Part shown: one piece after another, positions 13,250 to 26,942 of the stretch
How the letters are laid out: the number at the start of each line of letters is the position of its first letter
Numbering within the stretch: position 1 is the stretch's first letter
Source: Octopus vulgaris
Lineage: Eukaryota
Direction of reading: 5' to 3'
Assembly: GCA_951406725.2 (NCBI GenBank)
Contig: OX597820.1
Location: 58,032,001 to 58,096,000, forward strand
DNA length: 64,000 bases
Program-made: the position numbers and the translations under genes
Notes under the pieces: model-generated
The model's input: the letters and a program-made list of their open reading frames with translations, nothing else
What the model was told of the DNA's origin: nothing
Databases searched by the model: none

Positions 13250-13457
13250 ATGACCTCGTGTGTACCGTTGGCAATTTTTTTCCTCTGTCTTCCCTTCTCT
13301 GGATCTTTCCTTCTCCTATGTTTCCGACGAAGAGCTCCGCTCGAAACGTTAAACCCTCCTTCTTTCCTTCTTTCCTGAACGTCAAATAATACTATATATC
13401 TGTTCCACGTCCTCGTGTTGTTGTGTTTTTTTTGTGCTTTCTTGTTTGGATTAACTT

Positions 13458-13460
<3 letters not shown>
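13250..13460 (+). mobile_element. Penelope-like terminal-repeat fragment between (TA)n tracts
   Basis: Contains a minimal hammerhead-like motif at 13320-13354 and is flanked on both sides by (TA)n-rich runs. Confidence 0.65.
13320..13354 (+). ncRNA. Minimal type-I hammerhead-like motif (U4->C variant)
   Basis: GTTT-CCGACGA-A-GAGC-TCC-GCTC-GAAAC-GTT-AAAC: stem I GTTT/AAAC, stem II GAGC/GCTC, palindromic ACGT stem III. Confidence 0.65.
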
Positions 13461-13523
<63 letters not shown>

Positions 13524-14195
13524 CGCACATACAAAAACACATGCAGACATATACATTACAGAAAGTATCAAATGCCTTTACCGCGTCATAGCCTCATGAG
13601 ACCTGTTTCCCCAGATTCTATGGCGTGGAGTATTTTCCTTGGAGGGGAGTATTACCTTTGGAGTAGAGTATCCCACTCGGAGTGGAGTATTGTAGAACAA
13701 TCCACTCTATACGTTAAAGGTTTAAGGAGATTGCAGGCTTAGAACTTACATAGTTTTTTAAATCCAATATGTTGAATTTTAAAGCGAAAATTTTTACTAA
13801 AAGCAAGCATCTTAATAAGTTCCCACTAACCAATTGGAAAATACTACTGGATTAAGCATTCATTCTCACAAACGTTACCCTTCCTCCGTCAAAATAACCG
13901 TTCCAGCTTTTGTTGCTACCTTCTCTTTTAGACCAAAGAGAAACACAACTCTTACATCCATCCTTTCATGCATTTTTCTCGTCAGATTTTGTTATGTATT
14001 TTTTTTCTTTCATCCTTACTTGTACTTGCTCGCTATTTCTCAGGTAGCAATCATGATCTTTCTTTTGTCACAAAGTCTGCCCAATGGTACACGGTACGTC
14101 ATGCAAGCTAACCTAACTATATTACTCTTCTGAGTATGGAATTTCGGGTGTATGTATATATATAAGTGTGATATTTCTGTACAAACCTTTCGAGT

Positions 14196-14236
<41 letters not shown>

Positions 14237-14298
14237 AGTGTAATATTTGTATACAAACTTCTAAGCGCAATTTCTTTCTCTTTATATATGTGTGTGTG

Positions 14299-14377
<79 letters not shown>

Positions 14378-14527
14378 TCACAATTGTCCTGTGAACGCTA
14401 CTATATAAGTTCATTTGTGAAAATCTATAAGTGTAAACACTGTGGTATAAAAATATTTTATGTGCTTCAACGTGCTTGTGCACCTGTTTTCACGTTTAAG
14501 TTCACTCACAATTATACACACGGACGT

Positions 14528-14606
<79 letters not shown>

Positions 14607-14699
14607 CACACATACGCACAATTATATAGAGGTATACACATGTATACGTGTGTGAAGGAACACATGTGAATCTGTGAGTGTAGGTTTGGTATTTTCTTC

Positions 14700-15985
14700 T
14701 ACCAAGTCATCCCATAAGTAAAATGTTCGGATTCTAAATACGGAAAATAAATGAACAAATCTTACAATTTAACAAAACTTAATCGTAAATATAGTTTCCA
14801 TGATTATCTATGACATCTTTCCGTCTACTCGTAAGCTTTTTCATCTCATTAGTGAAAACCTCTTTTGATTTCGAAGAGAAGAACTCTGAAAAGTCAGTTT
14901 CGACTTACTCAGTTGTTTTGAGAGTTAATCCATTCAAATGATTCTATAAACTACGGAACAAATGGTAATCTGAAGGAGCAAGGTTTGGGGAATAAGGCAG
15001 ACGAGCAATTTTCTCCCAGTCAAGTTCCTCAATCTGACGTGATCTTTGTTCTGTAGGGTCTTGCATAGTCCTAATGAAATACAACTCCCTTTCGATTCGC
15101 TAAAACAAGCCTTTCTTTCTTTAAGACAGCGATCAAACGCTCAATTGCTAACTGGAGATTTGAGCATTGATTGTTGCATTAGTTAGTAGCAACTCAATGG
15201 TGGATGACACCTTTGCAATCCCACTACACAGAGAGAAGAACCTTCTTTGCATGAAGTTCTCTTTTCGGTTGTGGTTGGGTCTTTTCCCCTTCACCAAGTC
15301 AATGTCTGCGACGCTTAACATTTTGATGAAAGACCTATTTTTCATTACCAGTTACGAGTCTGTCCCAAAGGGGTGAGATGGTTTCACGAGAACGAAGAGA
15401 AGGGCAGATGACCACTCGGGATTTGCGGTTGACTTCAGACAAACCATGAGGCACCGATTTTCTGAGTTTTGAGACTGTTCCAAGCTATTGAAGATGGCAG
15501 TGAACAGTTGTATGGCTTGAATGGGGCTTGCTTTCCAATTCTTCAACCGAAACCTCATGATCTTTTTCAAGTTCTGTCAAATGGAGCTTGTCACCAAACT
15601 CAAAGGAACGTCTTGTTCGGGGCTCATCTTCAAGGCTGAAATCTCACTTCTGAATTTTACAACCATCTTTTGCAAGCTCTTTCATTCAGGCACTCTTCTT
15701 CATAAGCCGAGTGAATATTTCGAGTCGCTTCAGCGGCAGAGTTCCATTTTTCAAACTCATACAGCATAATGTAACTCACAGTTCCTTAGACACTCACATG
15801 TTTGAAGAGCTATAATTAAGGAAATTTGAATTATATTATCCTGCAAATTGAAATTTAATTAGTTTGAATATGTCCAAATACATATAAATATTACATGATA
15901 ACAGTAGACATTCTAAAATATCATTAAAGCATTTACAAGTTGAAAATAAGAGAAGTCCGTACATTACTTATGGAAAGACCTGATA
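14700..15985 (-). mobile_element. Full-length-sized (~1.29 kb) decayed mariner transposon
   Basis: Imperfect TIRs taccaagtcatcccataagtaa / ttacttatggaaagacctgata. Minus-strand remnants include IMLYEFENG..AAEATRNI, LEDEPR and a PY-SPD-like motif (ccttgctccttcagattaccatttgtt = LAPSDYHL). Many stops and frameshifts. Confidence 0.88.
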
Positions 15986-16089
15986 TATGCATACACACAC
16001 ATAAATATATACATACATACATACACACATACATACATACATACATACATACATACATACATACATACATACATACATACATACATACA

Positions 16090-16125
<36 letters not shown>

Positions 16126-16449
16126 TATTCACCTTTCAAGATATGCTTCCTCATCATCATACAGCCATCAGAGATTTTTTAATATAAAAATATAAAATGA
16201 GACCAAGCTAAGTCTAGGATATCATATTTGTGTGTACGTGTGTGTGTTTGAGTCTGTGTGTATAGATGTATGTATATATTAAAGTTTGTATATACAAAAG
16301 TAGCTTTTGATCACATATTTAAAGTAGGAAATAATACCACATGTACTTGTAGAATATAGAAAAGTAAAGTATACCACAGATGTAAAACACATCCAAACAC
16401 ACGATCGTCAAAGTAAACAACAATATCAATATTTACATAAGTTATAAAT

Positions 16450-16500
<51 letters not shown>

Positions 16501-16551
16501 CATAGATAGATAGATAGATAGATATACTCACACGCACGCATATACACACAC

Positions 16552-16586
<35 letters not shown>

Positions 16587-16634
16587 TATGTACATATATA
16601 TATATCTGTATATAAACGTATACATATATGTATA

Positions 16635-16703
<69 letters not shown>

Positions 16704-16738
16704 GTGTATATATGTGTATATATGTGTATATATATGTA

Positions 16739-16797
<59 letters not shown>

Positions 16798-16945
16798 TAT
16801 TTATTTATTTATCTGAAATGAATTGCGAACTTTTTATTTTTAATTCGGTATTAATGTATGAGTATGCTACTTCATATCCGCATCGAGAAGCAGTTTTTGT
16901 ATATAATCATTTATTATAGTGTAGGTGTCTGCATATACGTAATAT

Positions 16946-17013
<68 letters not shown>

Positions 17014-17015
17014 TG
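16450..17015. repeat. (CA)n/(TA)n/(GATA)n compound microsatellites
   Basis: Directly visible. Confidence 0.95.
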
Positions 17016-17355
17016 TTTGTGTGTGAGCGTGTGTTTATATGCGTATGTGATCTCATGGGCTAACATATGTGCTAACATTCTATCTTAAATATATGCATGC
17101 AAGTTGTAAATAGAATTATGAGCGTTAATTCGTATATTGACAATAGAAAATAGTATAATATTAAAGCATATACGCCCCCGTAGCCTTCGTCATATATTGA
17201 CTGTAGTAAATAGTTAAATATCAGAGCAGTTAAGTCCCCGTTTCGGGTTCAGTGCCACTGATTATTTCTATATGCAATATGTTTCTATATGCAATTTGAA
17301 TTAAACTTATATATTGTGTAAATAAACTTCTTATATTATCATCACCACCCAATCC

Positions 17356-17700
17356 TAGTGAAGGCGCATGGCTCAGTGATTAGAGCGTCGAGCTTACGAT
17401 CGTGAGGTTCTGAGTTCGAATCCCAGACCGGACTGTGTGTTGTGTGTTCTTAAGCAAGACGCTTTATTTCACGTGGCTCCAGTTCACTCAGCTGCCAAGC
17501 TGTATCGTTGCTCCAGTTCACAGCTATATCAGCGTTTGCCTTTCCTTTGAATAACACTAGTGGCGTGGAGAGGGTAGGCCGGTATGCATGGGCGACTGCT
17601 TGTCTTCCATAAACAACCTTGCCCGGCCTTGTGCCTGGGAGGATAACTTTCTAGGTGCAATCCCATGGTCATTCATGACCGAAGGGGTTCTCAACTTGCA
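17356..17700 (+). mobile_element. tRNA-derived SINE family C with 9-bp TSD
   Basis: A-box-like tggctcagtgattagagc and B-box gagttcgaatccc. TSD acccaatcc at 17347-17355 and 17701-17709. Confidence 0.85.
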
Positions 17701-17934
17701 ACCCAATCCCGACATTTTTTAGAATCATCACACACTATATACTGCATATAAGGTTATCATCAATGAACATCTTTCCAGTCTATTTCCAGTATTGAAAATT
17801 TAAAAATAGTATTGGTGTTCTTTGTATATATCTTGCTGATATTTTCAACTTGAATATGTTCTTTAAAGACAAGTACAATCTCCTTGTCTCCTAGAGTTGA
17901 ACAGTAAAAGAAAGGTAATATTTTGGACTTGTAT

Positions 17935-18100
17935 AAGGCGGCGAGCTTGCAGAATCGTTACAGCACCGAACAAAATTCTTCGCATGATTTAGTCCGTTTT
18001 CACGTTCTGAGTTCAAATTGTGCCGAAGTTCATTTTGCTGTTGATGATGTAATCGATTTACCCTTTCCCCACTAATTACTGGCCAATATTGGAAACCAGT
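17935..18100 (+). mobile_element. Diverged SINE family B copy
   Basis: aaggcggcgagcttgcagaatcgtta..cgttctgagttcaaatt. Confidence 0.75.
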
Positions 18101-18497
18101 ATTTTAGACTTACATAGCAACATCAGCCACAAAAACCAAAGCTGTGACAGACTTTGGCAATATGGAATCATAGGAGACATCGTTGGTGATAGATAGATAT
18201 GATACAGATAGATAGATAGATATGATAAAGTAATCTAAAATAATCTAAAACAAGCAAATTATTTACATAAGCATGCATACGTAATATGCACATACATATT
18301 TACACAATGATGTATTCATACATATACATATTCTTACACTCTTTCATTCACACATTTATACATGCAGATATTCATATACATATATACACACATACATACA
18401 TACATGCATACATTCTTACCTACATACGTACATGCATACATACATACATACATACATACATACATACATACATACATACATACATACATACATACAT

Positions 18498-18895
18498 AGG
18501 CGCAGGAGTGGCTGTGTGGTAAGTAGATTGCTAACCAACCACATGGTTCCGGGTTCAGTCCCACTGCGTGGCATCTTGGGCAAGTGTCTTCTACTATAGC
18601 CTCGGGCCGACCAATGCCTTGTGAGTGGATTTGGTAGACGGAAACTGAAAGAAGCCTGTCGTATATATGTATGTATATATATGTATGTGTGTATGTTTGT
18701 GTGTCTGTGTTTGTCCCCCTAGCATTGCTTGACAACCGATGCTGGTGTGTTTACGTCCCCGTCACTTAGCAGTTCGGCAAAATGAGACCGATAGAATAAG
18801 AACTGGGCTTACAAAGAATAAGTCCCGTGGTCGATTTGCTCGACTAAAGGCGGTGCTCCAGCATGGCCGCAGTCAAATGACTGAAACAAGTAAAA
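18498..18895 (+). mobile_element. Full-length tRNA-derived SINE family A with internal (TA/TG)n tract
   Basis: A-box-like gtggctgtgtggt, B-box-like gggttcagtccc, conserved body, tail ..gtcaaatgactgaaacaagtaaaa. Near-identical to 41022-41493. Confidence 0.93.
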
Positions 18896-19689
18896 AAAAA
18901 ATAAATTTAAATAAAACTTTTTTAAATAAAAAATAAAAATACATACATACATACATACATACATACATACATACATACATACATACATACATACATAAAC
19001 ACATATATACAGACAACTTGATATTTCATTATTTGATATCCCAGATCAAATATCTACAAAGGCATATAACCACAGTAGATCAATCTGTATCAACCAACTG
19101 CTCTACAAACTAGTAAAATTAAATATGAAGAAAAAAAAAGCTAGAAAAAAGAAAAACCACCACTAAAGATGGCATTCAAGAACGGTCTTAATTACGAGAG
19201 TTAAAAGAGAGGAACAAAGAATGAAAACTTGATCTGCATTTCCAGACAAGAAATTCCATCAAATTTCCTCCCAAGTCTTTGAAAATCGTTTTCAGAGATA
19301 TTTAATATGTAACTGATTCCCTTAATCCATCGCTCAAACGTTTCCCTCGACTGACTTACTGTGAAATGTTGACATTACACATGGATACACTCTACTGCTG
19401 TTACAAGAGTACTTTCCATCGATTAGTTCTTGCTGTTGTTTCTCTTGTTGTTGGTCTTGTTGTTGTTGAATTTACTAGTGGTGGCGATGGTGACGGTGGT
19501 GTTAATAGTGGTGTTAGTGGTGGTGGTGGTATTTAAACTTGATTGAGCAGACATAATCAAAACCATACTAGCTGAGACCTAACATGTCTTTTGATATTAC
19601 TTAGTGGGACATGGTTTGAGGGAGATGTAGCTGCTATCCCCAGCAGGATGTTGTCGCTGCTCCTATTACTGTTGTTGCCGTTGTTTGTA

Positions 19690-19696
19690 TTTGTTG

Positions 19697-19728
<32 letters not shown>

Positions 19729-19822
19729 GGTGGTGGTGGTGGTGGTGGTGGTGGTGGTGGTGGTGGTGGTGGTGGTGGTGGTGATGGTGATGGTATTGGT
19801 GGTGGTTGTGGTGATGGTGATG
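19690..19822. repeat. (GTT)n-(GGT)n trinucleotide repeat
   Basis: Directly visible; produces the poly-Gly and poly-His pseudo-ORFs. Confidence 0.97.
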
Positions 19823-20539
19823 AGGAGGTCGTGCAAGCAACAATATGGTTCGTAATCCAGTTTTGTTTTCCCGAGAGAGGGAGAGAGAGAGATAGAAAGA
19901 GAGAGAGAAACAGAAAAAGAGAGACAGAGACACAGAGAAAGAGACAGACAGACAGAAAGAAAGAGAAAGAGAGGATGACAGACAGACAGAGAGAGAGACA
20001 GACAGACAGAAACAGATAGTCAGATAGTCAAACATAATGCCGCTAGAGCTATTGAGCAATGTATGATTCCTACAAAACATTAATTTCCACTCCGCAGTAA
20101 ATTAGTCCTAAATGATTCTCCACTGAGTAGAATTATCATTAGCAATATTCTAGCTGTGACTTTTCGGTCTATTTTGCAAATACACCGCACGTAGTGCACT
20201 CTCTATCCTGTCATGCAACGTAGCCTTCTTTTCTAATAGAATGGAAAATTTGATAGTCATTCATTCATATTTTTAGCAGATCTAGCAAACAACATATAGA
20301 TTAGTTTCCTTCCAGGTCATATCACGCGACATTAAACAATAACTGAGCAATAGACAAGCCAAAACTCGCAATGCAAACTTTTTTGGCGTTTGAAGCCTCT
20401 TAATGTCTTGTGCTCTGAGAATTCAAGTCTTGTACTTATTATGTGAGAGAGTAATACTCTGATTGGCAAAGGTAACATGCCGGACTAGATGCTTTCCAAC
20501 ATTTAATTTCGTTCCTTTTTGCATCGGTCACTAATCTCG

Positions 20540-20862
20540 CAGAGGCACAATGGCCCAGTGAATAGAGCAGCGGACTCGCGGTCGGAATATCGCGGTTTCG
20601 ATTCAGAGACCGGGCGTTGTGTGTGTTTATTGAGCGAAAACACCTAAAGCTCCACGAGGCTCCGGCAGGGGTGGGAGTGGCGACCCCTACTGTACTCTTT
20701 CGCCCCAACTTTCTCTCACTCTTTCTTCCTGTTTCTTGAGTAAAGCTGCGATGGACTGGCGTCCCGTCCAGCTGGGGGGGAACACATAGAAACGACATAG
20801 AAACCAGGAAACCGGGCCCATGAGCCTGACTAGGCTTGAAAAGGGTGCATAAATAATAAATA
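20540..20862 (+). mobile_element. tRNA-derived SINE family D with 10-bp TSD
   Basis: Head tggcccagtgaatagagcagcggact..ggtttcgattc, (ATAA)n tail, TSD actaatctcg at 20530-20539 and 20863-20872. Confidence 0.85.
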
Positions 20863-21272
20863 ACTAATCTCGTACTTGGTGTGTTGAAGGAATATCGTCT
20901 ATATCCAAACCTAAATGTCCTCGAGATCCAGGCCAGTTGGATTGGACTGAGCTGGTATCTGAGGGCAAACGTGACTAAGTTAACAGATACGATATGAACT
21001 TTGCGCGCACATTATACGGTACTCAATTTTGATTCTTGCTGATTTCGTTTATAAGCCCGCGCCCCCAAGGGAAATGTGTACACGTCACAACTTCCCATTT
21101 CCACGTTTCCCTAAATGTAAAAACTCATAATCGTGATGGGTGGTTGCTCTTTTCACTTTATATCTTTTATTCCGCACCCATTTCCTTATATACCATTTAC
21201 TAGTCTCCTTCCAAACATACACGCACACACACACACCCGTTCCTCTATGGATATATATTTATATTTGTCTGA

Positions 21273-21341
<69 letters not shown>

Positions 21342-21659
21342 CGTGTGAGTATGCTTACCTAAGTGCATGTGTGGGTACGCACGTGTAAGAAACTGAGAGA
21401 AAAAGTGAGAAATATAGGCAGAGGAAGAGAAACCAAGAGAAAGTGGAGGAAAGGAAGGCAAAGATACCTTTACCTTCCCACCAACATACTCCGTATTTTC
21501 CGGATTGTCTTTTATTTGTGTGTGTGCTTGTGGGTGCGTGTATGTAGGGGGTATGTATGCATAAACACACATTCATACATGTATATATATATATGTTGTG
21601 CGAATATATGTACACACCCCATATGTATATATTTATGCGTGTGCATATGTGTGTGTGTT

Positions 21660-21707
<48 letters not shown>

Positions 21708-21759
21708 GCTATATATGTATGTGTGTGTACATATGTTTGTTTATATGTGTATACATATG

Positions 21760-21793
<34 letters not shown>

Positions 21794-21820
21794 CGCGTGT
21801 ATGTATGTATGTATGTATGT

Positions 21821-21894
<74 letters not shown>

Positions 21895-22401
21895 CTACCC
21901 ATACACACATGCACACAGAGAAACTCACGTGCGTACGCATATACATATACGTACGTATGGACCATGTACTTTTATACATATTTTATTTATTCTATTCAAT
22001 TTTTTATGTACCTTTTTATTTATTTATTTATTTATTTATTTATATTTTGATTCAATGCAGGGATGTGTGGAGGCGGAATAAGACTGTGATGTGGTGTTAC
22101 GTGGAGAAAGAAACTTCACCTCTAAACTGAAGATTCTGAAGATAAGAAGTTAAAAGCAGAAAGAGAAGTGTGTGTGTCAATAAGGACAGTATCTTTAAAC
22201 AGCTGCAGGATGCATATTGAGAACAGGATTATAAGATTTATGGTATAGATATGAGAATAACAGAATGGTTAGTGTTATTTCCAGTGTTTGTTATTAACTT
22301 CATCAGAATGCAAGTTTCTTTCTTTTCTAATTTGTTTACGGTGTGTGTTTTGGCTGTTAATGATGGTGATGACAATAATAATAATAGTAATAATGATAAT
22401 A

Positions 22402-22592
22402 ATCCTTTCTAGTGTAGCACAAGGACCGAAATTTCGGTGAGGGGATAAGTTTATTACTGGTACTTAATTTATCGACCCCGAAAGGATGAAAAGCAAAGTT
22501 GACCATGGCGGAATTTCAACTCAGAACGAGCAGACACACGAAATGCCGCAAAGTATTTTTCCGGGCGTGCTAACGCTCCTGCCTGCTCACCG

Positions 22593-22595
<3 letters not shown>
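22402..22595 (-). mobile_element. SINE family B copy
   Basis: Core ctggtacttaatttatcgaccccgaaaggatgaaaagcaaagttgacc. Confidence 0.85.
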
Positions 22596-22656
<61 letters not shown>

Positions 22657-22971
22657 CCCTCAAAATACAAAGACCTGGAAATAGAGGTAACCAGAATGTG
22701 GAATCTAAAAACAGAAACAATTCCTATCATAGTAGGTGCATTAGGCATGATAAAAAAATATTCAGACAAATACATAACAAAAACACCAGGACTTACAAAC
22801 ACGTATAACATACAGAAAAAATTGCACTACTAGGCACTGCACACATCCTACGCAGAACACTTTCCATACAATAACTATCAGAGCATCACAACAAATCACA
22901 GCACATACCCAAGGCACACAGAGCTGCACTCGGTAGTGAAGTGAAATCACGCTATAAAAATAAAACTACTG
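22657..22971 (+). mobile_element. 3' end of RLE-type (R4/Dong-like) non-LTR retrotransposon within (AAT)n
   Basis: SKYKDLEIEVTRMWNLKTETIPIIVGALGMIKK..LGTAHILRRTL, a typical restriction-like-endonuclease C-terminus. (AAT)n on both sides. Confidence 0.85.
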
Positions 22972-22981
22972 AATAATAATA

Positions 22982-23195
22982 ATCCTTTTTATTATAGGCA
23001 CAAGGCCTGAAGTTTTGGGGGAGGGAACTAGTTGATTGCATCGACCCTAGAATTCCACTGGTATTTAATTTATCAACCCCGAAACGATTAAAGGCAAAGT
23101 CGACCTCGGCAGAATTTGAACTCACAACTTAGCGTCAGGCGAAAAACCGCTAAGTACTTTGTTCAGAGTGCTAACGATTCTCCCAACTCGCCGTC

Positions 23196-23263
<68 letters not shown>

Positions 23264-23464
23264 TTTGCCACAAGAGCAGCCATTTTGGGGGAGGGGATAA
23301 GATGATGTCATCGACCCCAGTACACAGCTGGTCATTACTGTATTGTCCCCAAAAGGATGAAAGTAAAGTCGACCTCGGCGGAATTTCAACTCAAAACATG
23401 AAGACGGACGAAATGCCGCTAAGCATTTAACCCGGTGTGCTAACAATCTGCCAGCCACCGCCTT
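22982..23464 (-). mobile_element. Two SINE family B copies separated by (AAT)n
   Basis: Cores at 23055-23120 and 23325-23395 match family B. Confidence 0.85.
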
Positions 23465-23466
23465 AA

Positions 23467-23509
<43 letters not shown>

Positions 23510-23517
23510 GCTACTAC

Positions 23518-23549
<32 letters not shown>

Positions 23550-24679
23550 ATAATAATAATAATGATAATAACAATAATAAGAATAATAACAACAACAGAT
23601 AGTAGTCGATTACATTGACTCCAGTACCTGACAGGTATCGATCCCAGGGGGATGAAACACAAAGTTGTTCGACTAAAGCCTGTGCTCCAGCATGAACGCA
23701 GTCAAATGACTGAAAGAAGCGAAAGACAGTCAGGTGACTGCTTCTAATTCTCTCAACTTCATTAACTATGAATGCGAACTTTTACACCCACAGAAGATGC
23801 ATTAGTACTAAACGATGATACATACTTAGAAGGTAATTGTTTCAAACAAAAAAAGGAAAAAATGAAAAGTCTGAAGAAGTTACTCACTTTGCCCCAACCC
23901 GTATCTTATTTAAGACGGGAATTCGCAGAATTCTCGAAGCGCCGGTAAAAAATACTTTGTGGAATAAATTCCGTCGAGTTCAACATTTATCATGTCGATA
24001 AAGAAGTGATTCAATAAATTAATGCAGAAGCCAATAAGTACAGATGTTGATGATTTTGACTAGCCGCTCTCCACTCAGTATTACTAACCTTGTGTCTAAA
24101 TCGAACTCAATTACCTTTACTGTCCTTCACTTCCCAGATCCTGCTCTGAACACTTCTGCCAAATTATTCCTATTGGGAACTGTATTCCCTTGGAATTCTC
24201 TCTTTGCTGGTGTTTTTTTGCTTGCAGACTTCAAATTATAGAAGTTGAAACTGAATATTAAATCAAATCTTCACCAGTAAAGGAATGATGTAAATGCATA
24301 TAGAAAACTACAGAAAAACCAACATGAACAATAACATTCAGCATTGTCAGAAGCAATAGAGGATCTCCGTCGTAGGACGGCGAGGATTCATTTGTTAGAC
24401 CAACTGAAAAACCTGCATTTGAAATTACGCCCTAGAGACGCGTATATCCCAAACATAATTTTTAGGCAGAATCTTTTGAATTACATATATGATACTATAA
24501 CCTAAGGATATATGAAAATGACATTCACCAAGCATAACATATGCTCCGGAATAGAACTCAGCTCCTCTCGGACGCAAAGCAAACTTCTTAACCATGTCTA
24601 CATCAGCAGCAATAATATAGCTTCATAATATGCCTACATCAGCAGCAGTAATATACCTACATCAGCAGCAATAATAGAG

Positions 24680-24858
24680 TTCCAAATTTTGGTACAATGC
24701 CAGAATTTTTCAAGCGGATAGAGATAATCGATTACGTGGACCCAAGTGCATAACTGGTATTTATTTCATTAACACCGAAAGGATGGAAGGCAAAGTCGAC
24801 GTCGACAGAATTTGAACTCAGAACATAAGTCGGAAATAATGCCGCTAAGTATTTAGTC
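24680..24858 (-). mobile_element. Diverged SINE family B copy
   Basis: taactggtatttattt..gaaaggatggaaggcaaagtcgac..tttgaactcagaac. Confidence 0.8.
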
Positions 24859-25244
24859 TATGCATATAAACTATGAATAATTGGCCTACATTTGGCCTAT
24901 TTTAAAGTCAGTTCGGTGTTATTTGCCTGCTATTTCTAGCAGGTCGAGCGATTAAATACACGATCCCTCGTTGATATTCGCGTTATTTCGTACAAGCTAT
25001 CACAGCATTGTTGTATGATTAAGTTCGGTTCTCAGTCACGTGGTTTTGGGTTCAATCTCACGACGTGACATCTTAGTTATTGTCTTTCCTCTATAGCTCT
25101 GGGTAACCAAAGAATTATGCGAGAATGGGAAAGATGGGAATTGTGTAGGAGCCCTTCCTATATACATACGTACATACATGCATGCATACGTGTGTACATG
25201 TATGGATGTGTGCACGTGTTTATGAATTATATATATATATATAC

Positions 25245-25288
<44 letters not shown>

Positions 25289-25539
25289 ATATATATATAT
25301 ATATATATAAAAAATAAATAAATAAATAAAATAATAATAATATATATATATATATATATTTAAAATTTATAACTTTAAATTATTAATTTAAATAATTTCT
25401 TAAATTTTTACTTTAATTTCAATATTTTAATTTTGAATTTTATATTTTATATATTTTTTATTAATTAATTTTATTTCTATGTATTAGTTTATGATTTTCA
25501 CTGTTTGATTTGCCTAATAGTGGTTTTATCTCTAATTTG

Positions 25540-25585
<46 letters not shown>

Positions 25586-25615
25586 TATATACATACGTGT
25601 ATGTACAGACTTACA

Positions 25616-25661
<46 letters not shown>

Positions 25662-25665
25662 TATG

Positions 25666-26560
25666 TGGGCACAGGACGTCATGAAATGTGTACAACAAAA
25701 AAATACGAAGTACGAGTACATGGAATATGAACTATTTTTTCGAATAACGAAAGACACAAATGGAAAACAAGACAAACAACATAAAGAACGATCCTTCATC
25801 AGTTGTTGGCTGTTTTTCTACTCTTGTATTTTGAGAATTTAACAACAATATACGCTTTCGATAAAACAGTTGCTCCCGCAAAGCAAATTAAATAAAATTT
25901 GGGATTTTGTGGAGTCAAAATTGGTAACACAAACAGGACAGGGAAAACAAGCAGGAAGGGCTGCTAAGCCCAAGAGAGGTTGTGGTGGCGAAAAGTAACT
26001 CACACTTGCATAGGAGACAGACAAGAACAAGTCTTCCTTGTTCGAGCTACAACGGAGAGAAAGAAACACAAGCTAGGAGAAGAAAGAAAGATGGCCGATG
26101 ACCACGTGGGAGCCACACCAGTAAGTGAGGAGTGTGTATGTGCGTGCCTGTGTGTGAGTGCGTTTGTGTGTGTGTACCTGTGTGTGTGTGTGTTTGTGTG
26201 TCGGTTCGGCAAATGGTGTTTTTGTAAGAGGAATCAGATTTTAAAAAATATGGTGGTTAATTTAATCGATTAAACCCCGGAAGCAGTAACTCAGCAAAGC
26301 CACAGGCAAATGACTGACACCAATGGATGTAGACAAAGCACAAGAGTGTCCTTGGAAAAATAAATCAGTTATTGGAGCCAACATAAATTGACAATAGGAG
26401 ATCATTTCGAGAATCAAGAGTTCCCCAACAGTAAACTTAATATTAAGGAAAACACGACCAGATTGTCTAGAGACAAAAGGACAGCCGTGAAAATGTGTTT
26501 CCGCTTCAATAAATAACATCAGCAAAGGTAGTCATTCTGCCTTGTCTCCAGCAAAACGAA
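25666..26560 (-). mobile_element. Probable Penelope-like element 3' remnant
   Basis: Starts at a (TA)n tract. Minus-strand CTGATGAAGG at 25793-25802, pyrimidine-rich UTR-like body, decayed coding-like segment 26260-26560. No complete hammerhead found. Confidence 0.4.
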
Positions 26561-26581
26561 ACAGACGCACACACACGCAGT

Positions 26582-26613
<32 letters not shown>

Positions 26614-26644
26614 CATATATATACTGATATACATACACATACAC

Positions 26645-26876
26645 AGGCGGCGAGCTGGCAGAAACGTTAGCACACCGGGCGAAATGCTTAGCGGTATTTC
26701 GTCTGTCGTTGCGTTCTGAGTTTAAATTCCGCCGAGGTCGACTTTGCTTTCATCCCTTTCGGGGTCAATAAATTAAGTACCAGTTACGCACTGGGGTCGA
26801 TGTAATCGACTTAATCCGTTTGTCTGTCCTTGTTTGTCCCCTCTATGTTTAGCCCCTTGTGGGCAATAAAGAAACA
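26645..26876 (+). mobile_element. Full-length SINE family B (central domain resembling the Nin/Deu SINE domain)
   Basis: tRNA-like head ggcggcgagctggcagaaacgttagc..gagtttaaattcc, core tttcatccctttcggggtcaataaattaagtaccag, tail gggcaataaagaaa. Confidence 0.9.
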
Positions 26877-26942
26877 TATATACATACACACACAAATATG
26901 TATATACATATATATATATATATATGTGTGTATATGTATATA

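Noticed and set aside
17360-17435. tRNA gene
   Set aside because: tRNA-like A/B boxes continue into a SINE body bounded by a TSD; no proper acceptor stem. The same applies to the heads at 18498, 20540 and 26645.
19591-20080. Signal-peptide-like plus poly-Gly ORF, and antisense poly-His ORF
   Set aside because: Derived from (GTT)n/(GGT)n/(GA)n repeats.
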